From Candidatus Bathyarchaeota archaeon (GTDB lineage Archaea > Thermoproteota > Bathyarchaeia > Bathyarchaeales > Bathycorpusculaceae), in contig CAWHXY010000008.1 in assembly GCA_963833575.1 (NCBI GenBank), positions 1 through 64,000 on the forward strand: a DNA stretch of 64,000 nucleotides, written 5' to 3'. Position numbers and translations under genes: made by a program. The notes below the pieces were generated by a model. That model was not told the DNA's origin and searched no databases. It saw only the letters and a list, made by a program, of their open reading frames with translations. Positions 1-9,832 of this stretch are shown here, in pieces; the stretch's first letter is position 1, and the number at the start of each line of letters is the position of its first letter.

Positions 1-705
1 GTTGGTGCTGATGGTGTGGCTCCGCTTAGTAGTGTCCATCCTGAGAATGTGTTGTTGTTAAGTTTACGTTGCTGTACCATATTTGATCGTTGTTTATGCC
101 GCGTACGACTATGTGTAGTGTATTCATCGTGAGGGTTGCTGCTGGGCTGTCAATTGTTGCTCCTGTGGGTACGGCTGTCCAGTCTGTCCATGTTTGGGAG
201 GCGATGTCGTAGAAGCGGTAGAAGATACCGTTGGTTTCGCCGCGCACAACTAGACATAAAGTTGTGCTATTGGCGGTTAATGTTGGTGCTGATGGTGTGG
301 CTCCGCTTAGTAGTGTCCATCCTGAGAATGTGTTGTCAGTTACGTTTACGTTGCTGAACCAGATTTGATCATTGTTTACCCCACGTACGACCACCTGTAA
401 TGTATTATTGATCAGGGTTGCTGCTGGGCTGTCAATTGTTGCTCCTGTGGGTATGGCTATCCAGTTTGTCCATGTTTGGGAGGCGATGTCGTAGAAGCGG
501 TAGAAGATACCGTTGGTTTCGCCGCGCACAACTAGGCATAGAGTCGTGCTATTGGCGGTTAGTGTTGGTGCAGATGGTGTGGCTCCGCTTAGTAGTGTCC
601 ATCCTGAGAATGTGTTGTCAGTTACGTTTACGTTGCTGTACCATATTTGGTCGTTGTTTTGTCCACGTACGACTATGTGAAGTGTATCATTAAGCAAAAC
701 AGCTG
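1..705 (-). repeat. 282-bp coding tandem repeat (two 47-aa blades per unit), about 2.5 copies, running off the window edge
   Basis: Near-identical sequence recurs at offsets of 282 bp (e.g. gatggtgtggctccgcttagtagtgtccatcctgagaatgtg at about 10, 292 and 574). Confidence 0.9.
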
Positions 706-3700
706 CGGGGCTGTCGATGGTTGATCCTGTGGGCAAACTATTCCACCCTTGCCATGAAGCTGTGGAAAAATTGTAAATGCTATAGTAGATGCGGTTGTTG
801 CCTCCTCGAACAACAACATAGTTGTTGACAGGTGCGAAGTTGGTTGTGATTGGGCTTCCTAAACCAGTTACATAATCGTAACCTGCAGCTGCAGCGTGTA
901 CTCCGTTTGATCCGCTTGTTATATCTCGGAAGTATGATGAAGCTGAAGATTTTGCGTCTTGATAGAAATTAGTGTTTGAGCATGTTAGGCTGAGGGAGTG
1001 GATGGCTGCCCATTGTGGTGCTCCTGCGCTTGTTCCTCCTACTTGGAACCAGCCTGTCTGGTTATTGTATGCGGTTGAATCATAAACTGATACGCCTGAA
1101 GCTGGATCTGCATTATAAGAAACGTCTGGTACTGCACGCATTCCGCCGGCGCCTGATACGCCATAGGTTGTTTGGTAGGATGGTTCAGTTTCATAGGCGC
1201 TTGCGCCGCCGCCTGTTGTTCCAAAAGCGTTATTCCAAACTGTTTCTGAGGCAACTGATCCATCCGCGTTAAAGGTAAGGCTTGTTCCGCCGACACCGAT
1301 TACGTTTGGTGAACTGGATGGCCAAATTACTCCGGCGTGGTCTCCTGCAGATGCAAAGAAAACAATTCCATGCGAACTAGTGAAATAGGAATCGAATAAG
1401 CTTTCACCGGAAAACTCTGTTGACCCCCAACTCATCGACACTGCGACAACATCCGAACGACCTGTTGCATAACTTACTGCTGCTAGAAGATCAGATAAAC
1501 TGCTGCTTTGAGCTTCAACTAGTAATATATGTGCGTTTGGCGCTATGGCGTGAGCCCACTGAACATCTAGCGAAGTTTCAAGTGCCCAACCGCTGTCATT
1601 TGCAATACTTGACGACATAGTGTGCACTTCTAAATTCGTCGTGGACAAACCGTATTGGTTGCTGAATGCAACAAAATCGCTTTGCACCGTCGAGTCGTTG
1701 TAAGCATCAATTATGGCAATGGTTCCTGATCCACCTGTTGAGGGTAAATTGTATGCTTTTCGAATCTGAGCTGGAGAAAGACCAGATGGAGACGTGCTTG
1801 CAGCAGAATATACATGGATTCCAAGACCTGCTGACCAATCCCATTCAGTTGCAACTGCATTATTGGACAGTGTAGTTGCGTTATAATTGTCTGTAATTCC
1901 TAGGTTTATTATGTATGTTCCAGAAACCGATGAGTTAAACATCCAAGTGTTTCCAGTTGCACTTGGAATCTGAGTTCCGTTTAGATACCATTGATAAGTA
2001 TAGGGTGCGTCGCCGCCTGAAACAATTGAGGTAAAAGTTTGTGGCTCACCAACAGCCATGTTAATGATGGTTGGAGTGATTGAAACAGTTAGCGGGGGAT
2101 ATACTGTGATGTTTGTTGCTATGTTAGATTGGGCGTTGAGGTTAAGCGTGTCGGTTACGTTGAGATAAACCTTATAGTTTCCAGCTTGCGAGGGAGTGAA
2201 CGTCCAATTTGAGCTGGTAGCTCCTGATGCTGCTGTGTCATTTAGATACCACTGGTAAGTGTATGGTGCTGTGCCTCCAGAAACAGACGAATTAAATGTC
2301 TGTGATTGACCAAGGTACATTGCAACTTGGGTGGGGGTGATGGTGACGGTTGTGGCTGTCTCAACTGTCAAGGTTGCATTGTTTGATTTCACAGTTACGT
2401 TGTTGTTGTCAGTGACGTTTAGGTAGATAATGTAGGTTCCAACTGACGGTGGCGTGAATGTCCAGTTTGCGCTATTAGCTCCAGCCACTGAAGTGCCATT
2501 CTGGTACCATTGATAAGAATAAGGTGCGGTTCCACCTGATACGGCGGAGCTGAAGGTTTGTGACCCTCCTATTGTCATGTTTACACTGGCAGGACTGATT
2601 GTAACACCAGGCTTGGCATACACTGTGATGCTTGTCACGATGTTAGATTGAACTTTAGAGTTGAGAGAATCTGTTACATTTAGATAGACTTTGTAGTTTC
2701 CAGTTGAGGCTGGTGTAAAATTCCAAGAGCTGGATATGGCTCCTGAGACTGCAGTATCATTCAGGCACCATTGATAAGTGTAAGGGGTAAATCCACCCGT
2801 TACGCTGGAGTTGAATAATTGACTGGTTCCAAAGGTCATGTTCACTGAGGTTGGGCTGATTAGTACTGATGGTTGTGAGTAGACGTTGATTGTGGCTGTG
2901 TTTGATTGGGCTCTGTAGTTTAGGCTGTCGGTTGCGTTTAGGTAGATGTTGTAGGTTCCGGTTGAGTTTGCTTTGAATGTTAGGGTTGAGGCTGTGGCTC
3001 CTGTTATGGCGGTGCCGTTCGCGTAGTACCACCTGAAACTGTAGGGAGTAGAGCCACCTGTCACACTTGAGGTGAACTGCTGCGTAGAATTGATAGCCAT
3101 ATTCACAGGGGTAGGGCTGATTGAGACAGAAGGCTTAGCATAAACTGTAATGTCAGTCACAGTGTTAGATTGCGCCACTAAGCCGTCATCATCGGTCACG
3201 CTCACATAAACATTAAAACTTCCAGTCGTAGACGGAGAGAAAGTCCAAGTTGAACCGGTAGCGCTTGACACTGGATTGCCGTTAAGATACCATTGATAAG
3301 AGTAAGGCGAATTGCCGCCTGAAATAGTAGAGGTAAACGTTTGCTGTTGACCAATATCCATGCTTACACTTGTCGGGTTAACAGTGACTGACATTTGACT
3401 GCCTGATGTTTCGCTCTCAAACAGTGTCGTAAACTGATAGGCGTAGAGCGCTCCAAGCCCAACGTACCAGACATCGGTTTTGCCAGACATATACTGCAGA
3501 TGCTCATAACCAGCTCCCCCCACTGACCAATCAATCTTACCAATATGGCAAAATTCTAGATATAAACCGCCAGCAGGGCCATTATATACCGAATCAAACC
3601 ATTCGTTCATTGTAGCTAACGGATAACTTTCACTGTTATCACCATCCAAATCAAAAGGCGCAGGCGTTCTGTTAAAGATCCCATATGTCGAATTCCATTG

Positions 3701-4576
3701 TTCAATTGGGATAGGCACGCCCCAGGGCCCAGTTGCTTCACGACTGATAAGATAATTATACTCAGCTAGGGTCTGCTGAACCATATCATCAGATTGTCCT
3801 GAAGGCTCGATCCAACACCAAACGTACTGTTGATTTCCTTTAACGTAGAGGGGGTTTAACTGCAAATTATTGAGTATGTCAGATTTTGAACCGCCGATTT
3901 CCGAATCATAATCCGCATAGGGAACAGTTGGGTGAGTGCGTGAGTGAGATGCAACCTCAAAATAACCCAGATTAACAGCATCTTGCAACGCTGCCCAATT
4001 ACTTATCGCACCTGTTATGACTCCGCCGCTCCACCAAATCTTCGCATCAGCAAAAGCCTGAGCACAAGTTGAAAAATCATCACCTGAACCCCAAGGCGCA
4101 GGAGCTCCCAAATCATCAACGGTTTCACAAACCGTTATTCTACGATTATCATAATACTGCGCAGTACCTTGATAAGAGGTGGTTATGCTGTTCCCAGAAG
4201 AGTCCGAGAAACAAATATAGATATTATCACTATATGACGCAAAAGCTATCGACACATACGCCACGTGATTAGTGTAATCAAATCTTACGGCTTCAATTCC
4301 GTTGAAGAAATCGCTGCTTGTTTTCTCTGCCATTTGAACCCAGTTCTCGCTTGTTGTGAACCTTCGATAAGTATCCAGATTAGACGCGCTGCTGGGAATA
4401 GTAAATTCGTATGTTACAGGGTAAGTTAACCCATAAGTGTTATGAAGTGTCGGATCGATCGAGAACGTATAAACCACTGAGCCAGCAGCTTTAACAGAAA
4501 AAACCTGAAAAGGCATCGCTAAAGTCACAACTGCAAAAACCACAAACAGAGTCACAGCAACTCTTTTATTTTTCAT
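26..4576 (-). CDS. Secreted multidomain protein: NodB/CE4-like polysaccharide deacetylase + about six PKD/Ig-like repeats + S53 (sedolisin) peptidase + C-terminal lectin-like beta-propeller repeats; apparent stop at 26 is a frameshift
   Basis: Signal peptide from MKNKRVAV (ATG 4576, matching the paralogue start); TVDD, EVASHSRTH and WIEPSG CE4-like motifs; SGGxxPYxYQWY repeats; WALETSLD, SAGD and GGTSAGAP S53 motifs; VVRGxNxxIxY...W..W repeats. Confidence 0.85.
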   Translation of the reverse strand: MKNKRVAVTLFVVFAVVTLAMPFQVFSVKAAGSVVYTFSIDPTLHNTYGLTYPVTYEFTIPSSASNLDTYRRFTTSENWVQMAEKTSSDFFNGIEAVRFDYTNHVAYVSIAFASYSDNIYICFSDSSGNSITTSYQGTAQYYDNRRITVCETVDDLGAPAPWGSGDDFSTCAQAFADAKIWWSGGVITGAISNWAALQDAVNLGYFEVASHSRTHPTVPYADYDSEIGGSKSDILNNLQLNPLYVKGNQQYVWCWIEPSGQSDDMVQQTLAEYNYLISREATGPWGVPIPIEQWNSTYGIFNRTPAPFDLDGDNSESYPLATMNEWFDSVYNGPAGGLYLEFCHIGKIDWSVGGAGYEHLQYMSGKTDVWYVGLGALYAYQFTTLFESETSGSQMSVTVNPTSVSMDIGQQQTFTSTISGGNSPYSYQWYLNGNPVSSATGSTWTFSPSTTGSFNVYVSVTDDDGLVAQSNTVTDITVYAKPSVSISPTPVNMAINSTQQFTSSVTGGSTPYSFRWYYANGTAITGATASTLTFKANSTGTYNIYLNATDSLNYRAQSNTATINVYSQPSVLISPTSVNMTFGTSQLFNSSVTGGFTPYTYQWCLNDTAVSGAISSSWNFTPASTGNYKVYLNVTDSLNSKVQSNIVTSITVYAKPGVTISPASVNMTIGGSQTFSSAVSGGTAPYSYQWYQNGTSVAGANSANWTFTPPSVGTYIIYLNVTDNNNVTVKSNNATLTVETATTVTITPTQVAMYLGQSQTFNSSVSGGTAPYTYQWYLNDTAASGATSSNWTFTPSQAGNYKVYLNVTDTLNLNAQSNIATNITVYPPLTVSITPTIINMAVGEPQTFTSIVSGGDAPYTYQWYLNGTQIPSATGNTWMFNSSVSGTYIINLGITDNYNATTLSNNAVATEWDWSAGLGIHVYSAASTSPSGLSPAQIRKAYNLPSTGGSGTIAIIDAYNDSTVQSDFVAFSNQYGLSTTNLEVHTMSSSIANDSGWALETSLDVQWAHAIAPNAHILLVEAQSSSLSDLLAAVSYATGRSDVVAVSMSWGSTEFSGESLFDSYFTSSHGIVFFASAGDHAGVIWPSSSPNVIGVGGTSLTFNADGSVASETVWNNAFGTTGGGASAYETEPSYQTTYGVSGAGGMRAVPDVSYNADPASGVSVYDSTAYNNQTGWFQVGGTSAGAPQWAAIHSLSLTCSNTNFYQDAKSSASSYFRDITSGSNGVHAAAAGYDYVTGLGSPITTNFAPVNNYVVVRGGNNRIYYSIYNFSTASWQGWNSLPTGSTIDSPAAVLLNDTLHIVVRGQNNDQIWYSNVNVTDNTFSGWTLLSGATPSAPTLTANSTTLCLVVRGETNGIFYRFYDIASQTWTNWIAIPTGATIDSPAATLINNTLQVVVRGVNNDQIWFSNVNVTDNTFSGWTLLSGATPSAPTLTANSTTLCLVVRGETNGIFYRFYDIASQTWTDWTAVPTGATIDSPAATLTMNTLHIVVRGINNDQIWYSNVNLTTTHSQDGHY

Positions 4577-4755
4577 ATTTTCACCAGCAATCCACAACTC
4601 GCCAATAGCGAGATTACTTTTTTATTGAATTTGGAATCTGCGAACACGCCTTTTCCTGAGTTAGCTTCCTCAGCTTCATAATCAAAGCTATTATCCTCAT
4701 CTGCTTTCGCATCTCCAATTTAAGTTGGCATTATTTCCTGGATATTTAAGGGTAC

Positions 4756-4770
4756 TTCCAAAATTTGGAA
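4756..4770. promoter_or_regulatory. Palindromic putative operator TTCCAAAATTTGGAA next to a minus-strand TATA box (4743-4750)
   Basis: Near-perfect palindrome, conserved as TTCCAAAATCTGGAA at 8081-8095 in the same position upstream of the paralogue. Confidence 0.55.
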
Positions 4771-4978
4771 TATTTGTAGAAGAATTCTTCGAGCAACCGC
4801 TAAATTTAACAAGCCCTGTTTAAGAAATAAAGTTATCGCTAAACAATACTGTTACATTAAGTTACCATAGCTTTGACTACTATAGCTCAAATCACTTTGT
4901 TTTTAATAGAAAAATGGACTTAGCATAAACTTAAGTTATAGTTCTTTGAGAGAGGACGTACATATTGAGCGAAAAATC

Positions 4979-5209
4979 ATGAATAGAGAAGACGCTGTAG
5001 CGTTGTTGAAAAAAATTATGGCTTCTTGTGGTTCATTTGTTAATGCTCAAGGCGTTTCTTTAATTCAGGATAAGAAAACGAAAAGTTGGGGCCTTAGCGT
5101 TTTTTGGTTTCCTCTGCCTGAAGAAGACGAATGTTTAAACAAAATTCTTCTCGAATACAATATAGAAGCAACTAAAGCAAATGGACGCACGCTTTTTCAT
5201 TCGCCATAA
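4979..5209 (+). CDS. Small hypothetical protein (about 76 aa)
   Basis: Isolated ORF with protein-like composition; ATG 4979 preferred over TTG 4946. Confidence 0.6.
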   Translation: MNREDAVALLKKIMASCGSFVNAQGVSLIQDKKTKSWGLSVFWFPLPEEDECLNKILLEYNIEATKANGRTLFHSP

Positions 5210-5590
5210 AAATCCTAATGTGTTTCTTTGAAACATGTTTTGCATGCTCTGCATGTGTATGATTCAATTCGAAAAGCACTATTTACGATTGATTTATCAG
5301 GTTTTGAAACATTTTTTCCACAGTTAGGATGTTTAACCAAAAGTGTTGACTTCCATCTTCTGTAGGAAAATGTGAAAAGTCATTATGAATATTTGTTGGC
5401 GACCAAACGAGACAACAAATTCTTCTTCGGAGTTGTTTGTTTCATGTCTAGGTTTGATTGTAGTATGGGCAATTAGCTATTAGTTTGGTTGTTTGGGGCC
5501 TCTGTAATTTGCACTAAAAAACGGTTGACTGAATCCTCATATCTCATAATTTTACCATTAGACGCCCCTCAAAGAGATCCGCGAAATCTC

Positions 5591-7903
5591 TCAATTCTTG
5601 TTATTGTGTTTTCTTGCAAAAAGCGAAACTGGAATCATTATTATTGCAATCGCGGCGGCGACTATTCCATATGTTACTTCTTGATGTAGAATTTGTGACT
5701 GGGTTTGAAGTGGGTTTGGTGAGGTTGTGGGTTTTAGAGTTGATATGGGTGTTGGACTAGCCGTTGGAGATGGATCTGGCGAAGCTAACGGCGTAGGAGT
5801 ATGCACCGGCGTCGCTGTTGCTTTTGGCGTTGCAGTTACCGTTGATGGAATCACTGTTGGCGTTGGAATGGGCGTTGGTGTGGGAGTGGGTGTTGGAGTT
5901 GGAGTTGCTGCCGTGTTTACTGTTACCGATACCGCAGAAGAATTCACAGACTCTCCTGCGCTATCACTAATCTGAAGTAAGAAAGTCCAGTTACCAATAG
6001 CAGTAGAACTTGAAGTTACGAAGTCATAAGTAGATGAAGTAGCCCCGACCACAGAGGAATAAGAGTTAGCGCCAACTTTAGCGAACCACTGATACGTGAA
6101 AGGCGCAGTGCCTGTCGTTACTGCAGAAACAGACAGACTCAAGGTCTGGTCTTGACTAACCGTATTAGACGATGCTGTAGCAGAAGCAGCAAGAAGCTTA
6201 GAATTCACTGTTACCAGAGCTGCAGAAGACTGAGGAGAAACAGTACCTAAACTATCCGTAACTGCCACAGTAAGCGAGTAAGACCCAGCTGACCCAGGAG
6301 CATAATTAAAAGTTGCCCCAATTACACTGTTCTGAGCCACACCATCTACATACCATTGATAAGATGAGTAACTGCCTGAACCGCCAGAAGCAGTCGCAGT
6401 AAAAAGTTTCAATTGATCAGAGTTCATAGTCCAAGAACTAGGCGTTACAGAAACAGAAGGCACAGTGTTAACTGTGATGTCCGTCACTATGTTGGATTGA
6501 ACTACTCTGCCGTCTTCGTCGGTCACACTCGCATAAACATTATAACTTCCAGCCTGAGTCGGAGTAAACGTCCAAGTTGAACCAGTCGCGTCTTGAACTT
6601 GGCCGCCGTTAAGATACCATTGATAAGAGTAAGGCGATTCGCCGCCTGCAACAGCTGAAGTAAACGTTTGCGGTTGACCAACATCCACGCTTGCACTCGT
6701 TGGACTAACGGTAACTGACATTTGGCTGCTTGACGTTTCGGTCTCAAACAGGCGAGTGTATTGGTACGCGTAGAGAGCGCCTAACCCAACATACCAAACA
6801 TCGGTTTTGCCAGACATATACTGCAGATGCTCGTAGCCTACTCCGCCCACTGACCAATCAATCTTACCTATGTGGCAATATTCTAGATAGAAACCGCCGG
6901 CAGGGCCATTATATACCGAGTCAAACCACTTGTTCATTGTAGCTAATGGATAACTAGTACTATTATTACCATCCAAGTCAAAAGGATCAGGTTGCCTGTT
7001 AAATATCCCATATGTGGTATTCCACTGTTCAATTGGGATTGGCACGCCCCAAGGCCCACTTGATGTACGACTGATAAGATAATCATATTTAGCGAGGGTT
7101 TGCTGAACCATGTCATTGGATTGTCCTGAAGGCTCAATCCAACACCAAAGGTACTGTTGATTTCCCTTAACATAAAGAGGGTTCAATGTCAAGTTTCCAA
7201 GTATGTCAGATTTTGAACCGCCGATTTCCGAATTATAATTTGAGTAGGGAACAGCTGGATGAGTACGTGAATGAGATGCAACCTCAAAATACCCTTGGTT
7301 TACGGCATTTTGCAAGTTTACCCAGTTACTTATCTGACCCGTTATGACTCCGCCGGTCCACCAAATCTTTGCATCCGCAAAAGCCTTAGCAATACTTGTA
7401 AAATTGTTACCTGTACCCCATGGCGCTGGGGCTCCTAAATCGTCTACAGTTACACAAACTGTGATTCTGCGATTATCATAATACTGTGCAGTACCCTGGT
7501 AATGGGTGGTTATGCTGTTCCCAGAAGAATCTGTGAAATAAATGTAGATGTTATCGCTGTATGACGAAAAAGCTATGGACACGTACGCCACGTGATTGGT
7601 GTAATCAAATCTTACGGCTTCGATGCCGTTGAAGAAGTCGCTGCTTGTTTTCTCTGCCATTTGAACCCAGTTCTCGCTTGTTGTGAACCTTCGATAAGTA
7701 TCCAGATTAGACGCGCTGCTGGGAATAGTAAATTCGTATGTTACAGGGTAAGTTAACCCATAAGTGTTATGAAGTGTCGGATCGATCGAGAACGTATAAA
7801 CTACTGAGCCGGCAGCTTTAACGGAAAAAGCCTGAAAAGGCATCGCTAAAGTCACAGCGGCCAAAACCACGAATAAAGCTACAGCAGTTCTTTTGATTTT
7901 CAT
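5591..7903 (-). CDS. Membrane-anchored polysaccharide deacetylase-like protein with PKD/Ig repeats, Pro/Thr linker and C-terminal TM helix
   Basis: First ~480 aa highly similar to the 26..4576 protein; TVDD and SHSRTH motifs; TPTPTP linker; hydrophobic tail followed by basic residues. Confidence 0.85.
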   Translation of the reverse strand: MKIKRTAVALFVVLAAVTLAMPFQAFSVKAAGSVVYTFSIDPTLHNTYGLTYPVTYEFTIPSSASNLDTYRRFTTSENWVQMAEKTSSDFFNGIEAVRFDYTNHVAYVSIAFSSYSDNIYIYFTDSSGNSITTHYQGTAQYYDNRRITVCVTVDDLGAPAPWGTGNNFTSIAKAFADAKIWWTGGVITGQISNWVNLQNAVNQGYFEVASHSRTHPAVPYSNYNSEIGGSKSDILGNLTLNPLYVKGNQQYLWCWIEPSGQSNDMVQQTLAKYDYLISRTSSGPWGVPIPIEQWNTTYGIFNRQPDPFDLDGNNSTSYPLATMNKWFDSVYNGPAGGFYLEYCHIGKIDWSVGGVGYEHLQYMSGKTDVWYVGLGALYAYQYTRLFETETSSSQMSVTVSPTSASVDVGQPQTFTSAVAGGESPYSYQWYLNGGQVQDATGSTWTFTPTQAGSYNVYASVTDEDGRVVQSNIVTDITVNTVPSVSVTPSSWTMNSDQLKLFTATASGGSGSYSSYQWYVDGVAQNSVIGATFNYAPGSAGSYSLTVAVTDSLGTVSPQSSAALVTVNSKLLAASATASSNTVSQDQTLSLSVSAVTTGTAPFTYQWFAKVGANSYSSVVGATSSTYDFVTSSSTAIGNWTFLLQISDSAGESVNSSAVSVTVNTAATPTPTPTPTPTPIPTPTVIPSTVTATPKATATPVHTPTPLASPDPSPTASPTPISTLKPTTSPNPLQTQSQILHQEVTYGIVAAAIAIIMIPVSLFARKHNNKN

Positions 7904-8080
7904 TTTTTTACCACATAATCAGCAACTTGCCGCTTGCGAGACTAGTTTTTATTGAATTTGGAATCTGCAAAAAAGTCTTTTCCTGAGTCAGCGTTCTCAG
8001 TTTCAAAATCAAAGCTGTTACCATCGTCTGCATTCTCTTCTCCTATCTGAATAGGATATTTTCACCACATTTAAGGATAC

Positions 8081-8095
8081 TTCCAAAATCTGGAA
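8081..8095. promoter_or_regulatory. Second copy of the palindromic putative operator
   Basis: TTCCAAAATCTGGAA adjacent to minus-strand TTAAAT. Confidence 0.5.
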
Positions 8096-8322
8096 TAGCC
8101 GCAAAAAAACTCTTCGAACAACACTAAATCTAGCAAACCCTGTTTAAGAAATAAAATTATCACTAAACAACAAATCCACAAATTATGTCTAGGCAAGTAA
8201 CTTTTAAGACCAACCGTCACTTCTTTTCCAGATCGGTTGGTTAAGAAGCGAGAGAACGAAAGCTTTAAATCTTTTTTAAGATGTCCCCGTTGGACAATGA
8301 AAGGAAAAGTTGGAGAATATTT

Positions 8323-9474
8323 ATGAAAGTAAAAATTTGGAAACTTTTAAGTTTAATAATTATTACGATCTTTGCGTTGTCGTCCGTTAGCATGGTTCAC
8401 GCTACCGTTACACAACTTCCATACCCATCCGCCATTTCTGCGGGGGGAATTTCCTCATACTTAGCTTATGATTCTGGGAAGGGTGAGATATTCGTAACCA
8501 ATGGTGGTGGCACCAACGAGGTCACAGTCGTTTCGGATAGCACAAACGCCACAGTTGCAACCATACCAGTAGGAAACGAGCCTGACGCCATAACCTATGA
8601 TTCTAACAAAGGAGAAATCTTCGTAACCAACGCTGTAGACGGCACCGTTTCAGTCATTTCAGATAGCACAAATACCGTAATTGCAAACATAACTGTGGGA
8701 ACAGGACCTGAAGGGATAGCCTATGATTCTTCCAAGGGCGAGATATTTGTAGCAAATACTAATTACGCTAATTCCATTTCTAGTAGCATCGACACTATCT
8801 CCGTTATATCGGATAGCACTAATGCCATAATTGCCACCATAAACGTTCAAGGCGGACCACTTGGAGTAACCTATGATTCCGGAAAAGGCGAAATCTTCGT
8901 ATCCAATGAAGAGAGCAGCAGTGTCTCAGTCATATCGGACAACACAAACGCCGTTGTCGCAACAGTAACGGGCACAATTAGCGGTCCAGAAGGCTTAGCC
9001 TACGACTCCGCCAAAGGAGAAATATTCGTAGCCGATTATCCTGCAGCCTCTTTCACCGTAATATCAGACAAAAATAATGCCATAGTTACAACCGTATCAA
9101 TGGCTGCAGCGGACAGTTACGCTGGTAACCCTAACAGTGTAGCTTACGATCCTGCCAAAGGCGAAGTATTTGTAACATGTTTAGCATGTGCCCAAGTCAT
9201 ATCGGATAACAATAATGCCGTGGTCGCTTATGTCCTCATGGCACCTTTTCCAACAACCTTAGGTGCAGCGGGCATAGTTTACGATGCTGGCACAGGAGAC
9301 ATGTATGTGGCTAATGGTGCAGGGCTCTCTATTTTTTCGCTAACTTCTAGTTCGTCAGCAACCGCAAGCCCAACTGTACCGGAATTCAGCAGTACAGCGC
9401 TCGTTTCAGTGACAGCAGCAATAATGGTTGTGACCTTTTCCGCGGTTGTTATTGGCAAGAAAAAATCGAAATAA
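8323..9474 (+). CDS. YVTN/YncE-type beta-propeller surface protein with PEF-CTERM-like sorting signal
   Basis: Repeated AYDSxKGEIFV...VSVISD blades; signal peptide MKVKIWK (ATG 8323, as in the paralogue); C-terminal VPEF + TM helix + KKKSK. Confidence 0.88.
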   Translation: MKVKIWKLLSLIIITIFALSSVSMVHATVTQLPYPSAISAGGISSYLAYDSGKGEIFVTNGGGTNEVTVVSDSTNATVATIPVGNEPDAITYDSNKGEIFVTNAVDGTVSVISDSTNTVIANITVGTGPEGIAYDSSKGEIFVANTNYANSISSSIDTISVISDSTNAIIATINVQGGPLGVTYDSGKGEIFVSNEESSSVSVISDNTNAVVATVTGTISGPEGLAYDSAKGEIFVADYPAASFTVISDKNNAIVTTVSMAAADSYAGNPNSVAYDPAKGEVFVTCLACAQVISDNNNAVVAYVLMAPFPTTLGAAGIVYDAGTGDMYVANGAGLSIFSLTSSSSATASPTVPEFSSTALVSVTAAIMVVTFSAVVIGKKKSK

Positions 9475-9504
9475 ATTGACGATAGATCACTCCGATTTTG
9501 ATTG

Positions 9505-9530
9505 ACGCGCGCTGCGCGTTTTCTTTTTTT
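9505..9530 (+). terminator. Hairpin plus T tract after the beta-propeller gene
   Basis: ACGCGC-GCT-GCGCGT followed by TTTCTTTTTTT. Confidence 0.55.
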
Positions 9531-9832
9531 CTATTTACGATATACGAGAACCAGTGTCCTGTATGTTCTTTCCTCTCATTTTCTACGGCATGCCTTTGTC
9601 GCTTGAGGTTTCAACGGTACATTAAAAAATCCTCTGAAGCCTGTTGAGTCTGCCTAGGTTTTTGTGGTTTTTGCAGCTGCTGCTTTAAGTATCCTTAATG
9701 GCTTCTGGCAAACACAGTTCAGCACAAATTTCTTTGTCACTGCTTATCTAGAAGTTCAATCTTTTTTAAAGAAGCAAATCATTTACAATTGTAATGATAG
9801 CAATGTACAGTACCGTCTCAAGTACACGGTAT

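Noticed and set aside
8209-8241. Inverted repeat ACCAACCG-N17-CGGTTGGT between divergent genes
   Set aside because: Single occurrence, not conserved upstream of the paralogous gene; function unsupported
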